In this document: one piece after another, positions 37,001 through 45,643 of the stretch
Position numbering within the stretch: the stretch's first letter is position 1
Layout of the letters: each line of letters begins with the position of its first letter
Virus record (IMG/VR): IMGVR_UViG_3300044858_005455
Strand: one strand, 5' to 3'
DNA length: 64,000 bases
Source: an uncultured virus (IMG/VR IMGVR_UViG_3300044858_005455)
Taxonomy: Duplodnaviria > Heunggongvirae > Uroviricota > Caudoviricetes
Notes under the pieces: model-generated
The model's database searches: none
Seen by the model: the letters and a program-made list of their open reading frames with translations, nothing else
What the model was told of the DNA's origin: nothing
Position numbers and translations under genes: made by a program

Positions 37001-40000
37001 TTCTCTAGAATGGTACGCTTAGTGGGATCAGCGGCCTGAGATGCCATCTCCCGCCGCTCCTTGGCGCGTTCCAGTATATCATCACGCTGCAACTTCATCT
37101 GAGAGTAATTGAAGAATATAGCGCTGAAGGTATCCCCATCGAAGTCCCCTAGGTTACTAGTTATAAAGCTGATGGGATTAAGTAGAGTCAACGACTTATT
37201 ACGAGTATCATCAAAAAAGTTAAAGCCACTGCCAGTCAGGTCTCGGTATATGCTATTGATACTATTGAGTGTATCTAACGCGAACACCAGCTTATCGAGA
37301 TGGGTGTTACCAGGGGGCGGGCTACGTTGAATCCAGGCTCTCGTTAACTCCAGCTCAGTGAAGAACATACTCATATCAGCCTGCAGAGTACTATTCATTA
37401 TGAATAATGAATCGCGCACCACACGATTAGCCTTTACAGAGGGCTCGATAACAGAACCATCTGGGAGTGTAACAACTGTAGCTAGTTCTGTTATATAGGC
37501 AGCCTTTGCATCATTTACCAGCTTCCTATACTGAGTTATGAGAGCTACGCCTCTATTATGTAAATCAGTGCCCCGCGGGCTCTTACCTTCTAAATACGTA
37601 TCTACAGCAGAGGTCACGGCATTAATAGTTCTCTCTAGACTATCTAGTCTAGTAGAGAATGTATTCAGCATCTCAGCACCATCCTTACCACGCGTATCGC
37701 TGAAGAAGGATAGGTCTATGGGATTCTTACGTGCACGACCCTGTAGTAGATCCAGGTTATCAAATCTATTACCTAATGCATTAGTATCAATGTAGATCCG
37801 CATATTATCAGGTATAATAGAGCGGGACGGGCCCTGACTACCTATCATGAGCCCAGAGATAATAATAGGTAAGTGACCCAGATCTCTATACTTATGAGTC
37901 TCAGCTCCAGGCAGAGATTCCAGTATTGTGCCCATCTCGACTTCACCTAGAGTAGATACTAGAGAATCCCCGCTACCGCTGAATTTCATGCTACTGAATC
38001 TATCCATCTCGACCTTAATTTCTGTCTCTAGTTGAGCGTATTCAGATGCCTGTAAACCAGGAGCCAGTTTTTCTATACCGGCTATCCTACTCTGGAAGTT
38101 CTTACTTTTATCTACTATTGTCTCTAGCCCATACATACCCGCTATACTGAGGCCTTCAGTTATAGCGTGTATCTGCTGTTGTATTAATCTGCGACCAATT
38201 TTCTTACTACCTGACTGGCTAATAACAGACAGGTTATCCTTAAGATAGTCCCCTAATCTACTAAGTATCTCCTCTCGTGTCTGACTACCTCGCGTACCGA
38301 AGCGCTCCATAGTGGCCTCTGCTAGTACGGCGCCGCGCACAGGTACATACCAGCTAGCGGCCCCCACACCGGTAGTACCTGTTACGCCTATCTTATTACC
38401 AGTGATAGGCTGCAGATATGCGCTCGCCAGGTCATTATAAACGCGGGCCTCATAGGTGCTATTGAGTTCCTGGAACCTAGTCAACTCCTGTATCTGGAAG
38501 TCACTGAGGCCTTCTAGTTCAATAGTAGTCCTCGAACTAGACTCAATGGCTACCTTCTCGAAGATATCGCGTACTGTACTACCGGGGGCCAGCATAACCC
38601 ATTTATCTACCGTAGCAGCAGCTATCTCATTCTCGTGGCTACCGAACTGAATACCTGCTATTCTCACATCTTCAGGACTCAGGATAAATCCCCTCTCCTT
38701 AATAGCTGTATTGAATACAACGTTATTCCCCTCTATACGGAAGGAGGGAAACTCATAAGCTATACGACGAAGACCCTTCTGGCCCATTGACTGCACGGTA
38801 GCTTCAGTGGCCTCTACACCCAGTACCTTATCCCCTGCTAGACGCCAGCGGGATGCATGGGCATATATATCATTCTTCAGGACACGAAGTGAATGGCGCA
38901 CTACATTACGTAGAGTATCTCTATCAGTACCCGCAGGTTGCCCCATCCATGTAGCTATCTCATCAAGTATAGTATGAGTAACATTAGTAGTATCGGGGCC
39001 CGACCCTCTAGTATATGACACCATGTCAGTATCACTGGCACTCTCGAGTAGAGACAATGCAGTGTGGAACTGCCTGTATCGTTCGCGTAGATTAGTTATA
39101 TCGCTTAGTGGGGCCCGCGCATCATTATACACTCCTAGTAATATCTCTCCTAGCGTAGAGTTAGCGTGAAAGTCTAGACTAGCCAGGTCATACATAGGAA
39201 TATCATCCACCACTATCTTATTGGGGTCTGCCCCTATGGCCATCTTCATGACGCCAAGTATAGCCTTACGCATACTATCGACACTACCATCACGCTTGAA
39301 TTTATCCACGTTAGCCATGAAGGGACTAGATACTATATGCTGCATTTCTAGTTGCGCAGTGTCCTTACTACTCAATGGCACCTTAGAGCTACTACCCATC
39401 ACGGCATTATATAGCACTACATAGCGAGAGTAATTACTCAATCTATCGAGCATAACGGCCACGTTCTCCTGGCCTACGCTTATCTCATCTGCCTGCGTAA
39501 CACCTGCTATAGCGCTCATAGCCGCATACGCATGACGAGATATACTATCGCTACCAGTCACTGGTGTAGTCTTGAGCTCTAGGGTATTATTAAGTGACAT
39601 GAGCTGCATCATAATCTCTAGGTTACCGGCTATAGCAGCACGCTCAAAGCCTCGACCCATAGCTCCAGTATCTACATAACCCCTGCGCGCTGCATCTGCT
39701 GCATCTACTATCAGAGCTACCTTATTAGATAACGCCCCGCTACTAGTTCCACTACGCAGAGCTGTCATTATCTCTGATATATCAATGGCCCCTAGAACAG
39801 GACTCTGTAGTCTATTAATAGCACCATCGCTCCCGCGTACTAGCTTCTTACCTATTTCGAGATGAGGGGGTCCATCTCCTAGCTTATCACTCTGCATAAG
39901 TTCCAGCATAGTAGACATATAGAGGTCACGATAGTAATTACCGAGCCGCCCCTGCGCTGCCAACTGTGCTATTTCTATATAGACACTATCTATATTGATA

Positions 40001-43000
40001 TTGCTATTATTACTAAAGAGACGCGAATCAGTTATGGAGAGGAGAGCGGCCGCTATCTGCTGATCATTCCGTTCTAGTACCCCCCGACGAAATAGCTCCC
40101 CGCCATTATAGGTAAGTAGGGTGGCCCCGTGATTGAATGCATAGCTCTTCAGGTTAGTAGGGCTGATTATATACTGGATGTCCTCTATCTCGAGGGCACT
40201 ATGGTAGCCCCCCTGCTGTATAGTGGGGAACACCTCACTACGCATAATATCTTCGCTCAGGAACACAGGGACTATTTTAGCTAGACCGCGCTCCGCCTCT
40301 ACTCTTCGAGAGCCACCTTCAAGTAGAGTGCGTAGGAATTGTATCTGCACCTGCACTTCATTAGTAGCATCGCTACCAGTCAGCCTACTAACCTGTAATA
40401 ACTGCTCAATAGCATACTCGCCGCGTATACCGGCTGCGGCACTAGTAGCCATAGAGGCCCCCATATTAGGATTACGAGATGTACTCTCTATCTGGTCTAG
40501 GAATACGCGCATTTCACTACGACTAGTGATAGCCTGCTTACGGCGCCCCTCTTTATCTAGTAGATAGTAGCGCTGTTCTCTCTCATCGAATACAATACGG
40601 TCATCGCTACTCACTAGTACATTATCGAATGTCCAGTCTCGTCCTAGTAAACTAGCCTTACTACTCTTAGTGGCTTGATCTAGGAAGCCACGTCTTACCC
40701 TATGCAGTGGGTTAGCATACGCGTAGTCACTATAGGCCCCCTCCAGCGCCATAATCATAACAGTAGGACGAGCCTGTCCAGAGCCTATCAATCCCCGCTC
40801 TCTACTAGCGAAGAGCTGAGATTGCACTATAGTAGCGCGGAATAGCTCGGCCAGTACGCTATCATCCTCAGTGGGTATATCCTCACTATCGATACCCAGG
40901 CGGTCGGCCAATTCATACCGTATAGCCTCTAACTCTACAGCCGCCTCTCTACTCATAAAGCGCGATATTCTACCACTGAATATAGCACCATAGCGATAGC
41001 TATCATCTACAATACTACTATCTAGTCCACGTGCCTCTAACCCCGCGCGCAGGTCGGCTAGGTATGCGTCTTGATACGTGCTGCCCTGCAGTACATCTAC
41101 ATCGCTACCACCGTAACGGGCCTGATACCTAACGGGAGTCAACTCAGGTATGCCCCTACCGGTATCAGTGGGACTAACTAACTCCAGCACCTGTGTGTAA
41201 CCCTCGCTTATATCCATGAGGGGGCGCATACCAATCACGTTCTTGAGACGCTGAGGCACCTGATCTGGCTTATTGGGATCAAAGAAGAACCGGAGTAGGT
41301 TATCGCCACGGGCATCAAACTCTGCTTCTAGCAGGGAGCGGTCTATACCCAAGTGACTCACTGCCTTCATGTATTCGCTCAGCTCATCTCGCCGTATGAT
41401 ATCCCCCACACCAGCGCTGCGTATGATGGATAGGTCAAAGACCTCACTAGCAATGGCACGGCGAGATAGAGGTAGCACATTATTATAGGCAGTAAAGAAC
41501 TGGCTCTCATCAGTAGTCGTAGAGCTCACGTTACCTTCAGCAACTCGTACAAAGAGGAAGTCATCGCCTACACCGAGGTCAGATACCGGACCTATAGGTA
41601 ATGGGCTAGCAGTATAAGCAAAGGCACTCAGGTTACTAAAGGTAGTCTCATTAGCCTTAATACGACGTAGCGCAGCATTAACTATAGATATACCGGCGGG
41701 CTGCCTACCCTGACCAAAGCCATAGGCCAGTAAACGATTACTTGCTTGTGTAGAGCCATAATTACGAGCCTGCGTAGGAGTGAGAAACGCAGCGAATGCG
41801 CTATTATGTATCTCCTTTAACCTCTCGCGCGCATCAGTCTTATAACGACTATCATTCTGAGATTCGATAAACTTGAATAATACATCAGCGAACATGGGAC
41901 CCTGATCCATAATCTCATATAGCTTATTAGCGGCAAGATTAAGGGCCCCTCTGCGGTGTGCCTCTAGGTCTGTTATGGACTGGCCTCTCTCATCTATAGA
42001 CCGCGCATAGGTAAGAAATATGTTAGATAGTTCCTCGAAGGCCACTCTACGACGACTATCAGTACGAGATATACTCGCTAGGTCTCGTATACGATCTAGA
42101 TCGGGGTCACTAGAGTAGAACAAAGAGGTCAGGTTACTGAGGCCTTGCTGTACTCTACTAGTACCCTCGTCCGTAGTTAGGTCAAGACCACTCACGCCCA
42201 ATAGCTTCTCGAAGAAGTTCATGGCACTCTGATACTGAGCGCCGGGGTCACGCTGTACAGCCTGAGCGGCGCGTATATTATCAGGACTATAGTACCTCTG
42301 GTACTCCATAAGTGGGGCCCGCACTAAACGAGTAGTCTCACTTTCTAACGCAATAGAGCTCATGAGACCAACTACTACATCCAGAGGATTAAGGCGTAGG
42401 CGTCTACGAGGATCCAGACCCACACCAAGACCATCACGTTCTATAGCCAGCTCCATACGCATTGTGCCAGTATTGAACAGCTCAGCTGACTCTATCTGAC
42501 GGCCCCCGCTTATATCTATGAAGGCGGCGGGCCCTTGTCCACTAGCGTTCCTATAGGCACCCCACTTATATATACGCTGAGTAGGTAAGCCCTTATTGAG
42601 CGTTAGAGTAGCGCCCTCTAGATTAAGACCATCGTAGTCTCGTTGTACGCTTATGACCTCAGAGCCGACAGCCGCGTTAACTCTTTCTATTTCGCTGATT
42701 AGGTCCAGTATGGCTCCTCTATCTACTCTATTACCATACATAGACCTACGGTCCCGTCCACTATAATGAGTCTCACCTATTCGTTGTATTCCCAGGGAGC
42801 TCTGTAATTTATAGAAGGCCCGCGCGTATTCTCTATTCTCCTCATCACGCTCCTCATTAGAGAGACTGAGAGGGCTTGTCCCACCCACCCTATCGTAAAT
42901 TATATTGATCTCCTGGTTAACGAGTTGACGGCTCAGGGGATCATTACTATCTGCCAGAGAATTAAGACCATAGTTACTGGATCCCTGGCTACCACCCAGT

Positions 43001-44793
43001 ATATCGAAGGCCTGGCGATTGTTTATATTCTGCATGCCCAGCCCGGCCCCTTGATTTATGGCGTCATCCTCGTAGGTCGCCAGGTATGCCTTAACGTGGC
43101 TGCGTGGTACTGCGGTCGGCTCTATATTACCGCTAGCTATAGCTAATAGCTGTCGGGCCATACGCTGACGGCCTTCGAGATCTCCATTATAGAAGCCATA
43201 CGTGCTCAGCACGTTAGCCATATCACTAACATCAGTACCCCGGTTCTCCTTAATCCAGCGGGCAACGTCATAATTAGATTGAGATAACTCAGCAGCTAGT
43301 TTCTGGTTGCTCAGTAGTAGGCGGCTCATAGGGTCCTGCACATCCTCTCGATAGGTATGTACATCTACTCCTATACGAGCGCGGCCCTCTATAACCAGAT
43401 CTAATACATTAGCCTGGAGCTTAGAGTATTCCTGCTCTCTGGCTTGCATGTATGCCTGGTAACCCGATAGTGTTCTCTCGTACTCGGGATTCTCTCCCAT
43501 CTCTCCCTTAAGCTGACTTGCCATCAGGGCCTTATCGTGTTTAAGTAGGAACACTTGATTGAGTACCATATAGAGGCGGCCCGTCTTACCGTCGATAGTA
43601 GGCCTATTAATGAGCTCATCTACATGACGGCGTAGAGCAGTATTAACATCACCAGCACCACCTATATTATCCTGCCCCGTGAATAGAACTCTATCGCCAC
43701 CATCTAATCTATCCATAACATCACGGGCCTGTAGGTATAACTTATCGGCTCGCGTTATAGTGTCAGGCAGTATATCCCTATCGGCATCCTGTATTTGACT
43801 ATAGGTCAGGTTAGTGCGTATAGTCCGCGTGAACTCTACATTAGAACCGGCCTGTTCTAGCGATTGTCCTAGTGGCCGCGTCACGTTCATTGTACCTATG
43901 AGAGCGGCCCTATCACTAACGAAGAACTTAGGGTGATTACGTCTATCAGCCCATTGGATATCTATATCTACAGCACTCCCGAAGCGGTCCCGTAGATAGG
44001 ACAGCCGCCTATAAAACATAATGTTGGGGCCCAGAATATCATAATTCTTACGAGAGTCCCCATCAGTCTCAGATGGAGCAGCCATACGAACTACCACACG
44101 GCCACCCTGACCACTACCAGCCATTCTCTCTACAGCTTCACTCACCATATCTATAGCACGCTCATTCTGAAACTGATAGATGTCTATACGCAGTTCTCTC
44201 TCTGCTGTATCTACTAGCGCGGCAATAGGTAGTAAGCCGGGCCGTACATTATAACCATCATCAGATAGTAGATCCAACATGCTAGAACGATTCTCTAGTA
44301 GTAGACGGCGTTCATCGTCTATGCCCTCCAGGTTAGACTGCATAGTGAGTTGATCTCGCTGGGCCATCCAATTAAGCATATCATCAGTCTGGGTACGGGC
44401 AGGAGTAGCTGTACCCCCCATACCTGCCATGTATTCGAAGTACTCCTGACGAGCGGGGCCCTCCATACTATCCCACAGACTCGAGATAGCAGCCCGACTA
44501 CTACTAGTATCAACTACCCTATCATAGAAAGCATCAGCTAGCACCATCTCCATAGAGGCGTCGGTACCAGGCGGTATAAAGTTAGGGTCCATTAATACTT
44601 CTAGAGGATTATAGCCCTGTAGTAATCTACTGCGCGTACCCTCAGGGATACGGTAGAGGGCATCCCAACGAGCACTGTCATTAAATCGATTACTAGAGAA
44701 TAGTGAGCTATTGATATCCATCAGTAGAGTACAGAACCTATTAAATAGAGCTATAGCTGAAAAACTGCCTACTTTAGCGGGCAGTGGCCTCAT
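34066..44793 (-). CDS. Giant 3575-aa protein: N-terminal phospholipase D-family (HKD) domain plus putative two-barrel RNA polymerase (candidate virion RNAP)
   Basis: HPKFFVSD..ALIGTMN (aa ~287) and HVKAY...GSSN (aa ~566); WIQRSPP...LLNPISFITSNLGDFDGDT (aa ~2550); start may be the later MDINSS. Confidence 0.75.
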   Translation of the reverse strand: MRPLPAKVGSFSAIALFNRFCTLLMDINSSLFSSNRFNDSARWDALYRIPEGTRSRLLQGYNPLEVLMDPNFIPPGTDASMEMVLADAFYDRVVDTSSSRAAISSLWDSMEGPARQEYFEYMAGMGGTATPARTQTDDMLNWMAQRDQLTMQSNLEGIDDERRLLLENRSSMLDLLSDDGYNVRPGLLPIAALVDTAERELRIDIYQFQNERAIDMVSEAVERMAGSGQGGRVVVRMAAPSETDGDSRKNYDILGPNIMFYRRLSYLRDRFGSAVDIDIQWADRRNHPKFFVSDRAALIGTMNVTRPLGQSLEQAGSNVEFTRTIRTNLTYSQIQDADRDILPDTITRADKLYLQARDVMDRLDGGDRVLFTGQDNIGGAGDVNTALRRHVDELINRPTIDGKTGRLYMVLNQVFLLKHDKALMASQLKGEMGENPEYERTLSGYQAYMQAREQEYSKLQANVLDLVIEGRARIGVDVHTYREDVQDPMSRLLLSNQKLAAELSQSNYDVARWIKENRGTDVSDMANVLSTYGFYNGDLEGRQRMARQLLAIASGNIEPTAVPRSHVKAYLATYEDDAINQGAGLGMQNINNRQAFDILGGSQGSSNYGLNSLADSNDPLSRQLVNQEINIIYDRVGGTSPLSLSNEERDEENREYARAFYKLQSSLGIQRIGETHYSGRDRRSMYGNRVDRGAILDLISEIERVNAAVGSEVISVQRDYDGLNLEGATLTLNKGLPTQRIYKWGAYRNASGQGPAAFIDISGGRQIESAELFNTGTMRMELAIERDGLGVGLDPRRRLRLNPLDVVVGLMSSIALESETTRLVRAPLMEYQRYYSPDNIRAAQAVQRDPGAQYQSAMNFFEKLLGVSGLDLTTDEGTSRVQQGLSNLTSLFYSSDPDLDRIRDLASISRTDSRRRVAFEELSNIFLTYARSIDERGQSITDLEAHRRGALNLAANKLYEIMDQGPMFADVLFKFIESQNDSRYKTDARERLKEIHNSAFAAFLTPTQARNYGSTQASNRLLAYGFGQGRQPAGISIVNAALRRIKANETTFSNLSAFAYTASPLPIGPVSDLGVGDDFLFVRVAEGNVSSTTTDESQFFTAYNNVLPLSRRAIASEVFDLSIIRSAGVGDIIRRDELSEYMKAVSHLGIDRSLLEAEFDARGDNLLRFFFDPNKPDQVPQRLKNVIGMRPLMDISEGYTQVLELVSPTDTGRGIPELTPVRYQARYGGSDVDVLQGSTYQDAYLADLRAGLEARGLDSSIVDDSYRYGAIFSGRISRFMSREAAVELEAIRYELADRLGIDSEDIPTEDDSVLAELFRATIVQSQLFASRERGLIGSGQARPTVMIMALEGAYSDYAYANPLHRVRRGFLDQATKSSKASLLGRDWTFDNVLVSSDDRIVFDEREQRYYLLDKEGRRKQAITSRSEMRVFLDQIESTSRNPNMGASMATSAAAGIRGEYAIEQLLQVSRLTGSDATNEVQVQIQFLRTLLEGGSRRVEAERGLAKIVPVFLSEDIMRSEVFPTIQQGGYHSALEIEDIQYIISPTNLKSYAFNHGATLLTYNGGELFRRGVLERNDQQIAAALLSITDSRLFSNNSNINIDSVYIEIAQLAAQGRLGNYYRDLYMSTMLELMQSDKLGDGPPHLEIGKKLVRGSDGAINRLQSPVLGAIDISEIMTALRSGTSSGALSNKVALIVDAADAARRGYVDTGAMGRGFERAAIAGNLEIMMQLMSLNNTLELKTTPVTGSDSISRHAYAAMSAIAGVTQADEISVGQENVAVMLDRLSNYSRYVVLYNAVMGSSSKVPLSSKDTAQLEMQHIVSSPFMANVDKFKRDGSVDSMRKAILGVMKMAIGADPNKIVVDDIPMYDLASLDFHANSTLGEILLGVYNDARAPLSDITNLRERYRQFHTALSLLESASDTDMVSYTRGSGPDTTNVTHTILDEIATWMGQPAGTDRDTLRNVVRHSLRVLKNDIYAHASRWRLAGDKVLGVEATEATVQSMGQKGLRRIAYEFPSFRIEGNNVVFNTAIKERGFILSPEDVRIAGIQFGSHENEIAAATVDKWVMLAPGSTVRDIFEKVAIESSSRTTIELEGLSDFQIQELTRFQELNSTYEARVYNDLASAYLQPITGNKIGVTGTTGVGAASWYVPVRGAVLAEATMERFGTRGSQTREEILSRLGDYLKDNLSVISQSGSKKIGRRLIQQQIHAITEGLSIAGMYGLETIVDKSKNFQSRIAGIEKLAPGLQASEYAQLETEIKVEMDRFSSMKFSGSGDSLVSTLGEVEMGTILESLPGAETHKYRDLGHLPIIISGLMIGSQGPSRSIIPDNMRIYIDTNALGNRFDNLDLLQGRARKNPIDLSFFSDTRGKDGAEMLNTFSTRLDSLERTINAVTSAVDTYLEGKSPRGTDLHNRGVALITQYRKLVNDAKAAYITELATVVTLPDGSVIEPSVKANRVVRDSLFIMNSTLQADMSMFFTELELTRAWIQRSPPPGNTHLDKLVFALDTLNSINSIYRDLTGSGFNFFDDTRNKSLTLLNPISFITSNLGDFDGDTFSAIFFNYSQMKLQRDDILERAKERREMASQAADPTKRTILEKQASDLETRASALLDTIQQVTTNANWNEYTDSVYSWVAGYMKLDKGMLEQRGIEHALVLVEQARGLFGMMEDVYARIQPAHESLLELIQQSRTDSAVDIVNRLSTSTDQNILTDLVNNPDTGPFVRASLHDILSATGNDQEEKAYDFLHRLTAVNARDNLSKYMKRADGSVMSGGQFDMMQKVLGQAGSVILGKTYNTTVGMLYERSPIMAVSHALENSSALQDDIRRILIDQGMASGMSASDANLEADSKIADIQRLARQSRTEVGEVGTFLQEIQQMLRDAIKPKMGGAEFLENLSQYHKRFVDAVDDVERQRVVDDMNRLLPSITPLFKLDAYIGAHKELLASATNDAQDSKINDLLTKLSIGETEQLDLSRRLSVLRGDEIGTHSRALIASYQLRQDLVGMTAVFAFERAMPTDKAGNPISSGRGLAESVETYINSEPARAAQIDALIAGGITNGLTEMEIEVEEFQNFTRDVIGDKRFQDMGTDTKRILAMNFLRSRESASLWANTDGSKLLRFAINDSTRSTLYGGQLEDVLGQDLITAAGDPTGSGASPLVRSLLQAVSAGKINEPEQVTRALESLMDTFTHADGKRYEIADIFSVLLNSGTPSPADKEIIEFIQKTILTDEAATSRLVTYVRATALGQQVDTADRLVEELRDYESRDVDMRYIKLLQDMGVAPDRAKELAARRRDYLLAGSPPDVDPLDPRPRPDRPLLRVADDLPILNNTAGNLMDVLLFPLMALAGDMISSGGARPEAMQQTMGNMLGAMAYVSAPAGNQMGRFAAGTLMSMGFKGRLAGQLHEDYTIGVGMLLAQEIAFGATAQLAGRYIINPFIEKTLGKAPTIDSDPFAGLRNVASNVITGALSLVSAGFVNKLLHRGLEVSMQRSVAPAALDAVSAGIRAAQEGMNRARMEREDNAETEVVDDTGSPVEFFVQTIFNGDEYDTYDALYMSDLTVDRPNSMAYRDESESYSIDLV

Positions 44794-44849
44794 AGGATTA
44801 TATCAATCAGCTTATCTGATATCTTATAGCACATACATGGAGAGACGTT

Positions 44850-45212
44850 ATGCACACTATCAAGTTACCGAAGGGCCAATTCGAGGTTAGCTTCAAGCCG
44901 CCCCTGGTTCGTGAGCGCCGCGAGATGATCAAGAATTATAATAAGGAGTGCGGCCTATTACCTGAAGAAGTACTAGCTATCCGTTGTATTGTTAACATCA
45001 ATGGCCGGGTCCTAGATAGCGATGCCTACGACTACGAACCCGATGGTATCACCGACGACTGGTGTGTCGAGGACCAACAATACTTCATGGAGGTATTCAG
45101 TACCCTATATCTCATTGACGATAAAGGGCGCGAGAAGGCCCAAGCGGAGGCAAAAAAGCTTATGGGTGTTTCCACGCGAGCTACGACTACAAAATCGAAG
45201 CAAGCCATCTAA
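44850..45212 (+). CDS. Probable tail assembly chaperone (gpG-like) with a -1 frameshift site
   Basis: GGAG RBS; 120 aa; in-phase A_AAA_AAG at 45152-45158 near the C-terminus. Confidence 0.7.
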   Translation: MHTIKLPKGQFEVSFKPPLVRERREMIKNYNKECGLLPEEVLAIRCIVNINGRVLDSDAYDYEPDGITDDWCVEDQQYFMEVFSTLYLIDDKGREKAQAEAKKLMGVSTRATTTKSKQAI

Positions 45213-45643
45213 ACATTCATCTAACGTACTTCCACCTAATAAACACTGAGTTATTCTGTAAGAATGCCGCGCTCCAGCGTATAGCCGATCCTCTGCTACA
45301 AATTGCTGGTAGTATATTCCCTAGTGCTAGGTTTATAGTATCGCCACCACCTGACCCCTATCTACCTGTTATTAAACATAACTATGTAGTTCAGGTGGCG
45401 CAGAACTATACCAAGTACTATCAACTAGAGAAGTGGGTTATAATAGCTAGCGTCACTGGTATAGGATTGCAGGAGTTTATTCAGCAAGACGAATATATGC
45501 AGGAGGCCGCTTATCAAGCGGCGTCTAACTATATTCAGAATCAGAATAAGAAACAAAAGCAATCCCTAGAAGAAATGACTAAATCTTTAGAGAATATGAA
45601 CTCTAACCCATTATCTGATATTAAGAGACCCTCATTCTGGTGA
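45158..45643 (+). CDS. -1 frame extension (gpGT-like); includes track ORF 45395-45643
   Basis: The -1 frame is stop-free from the slippery site to 45643 (161 sense codons). Confidence 0.7.
   Translation, partial: AYGCFHASYDYKIEASHLNIHLTYFHLINTELFCKNAALQRIADPLLQIAGSIFPSARFIVSPPPDPYLPVIKHNYVVQVAQNYTKYYQLEKWVIIASVTGIGLQEFIQQDEYMQEAAYQAASNYIQNQNKKQKQSLEEMTKSLENMNSNPLSDIKRPSFW

Noticed and set aside
34066..44793. Tape measure protein call for the giant ORF
   Set aside because: Opposite strand to the tail operon and carries enzyme motifs (HKD, DFDGD); only the C-terminus is TMP-like
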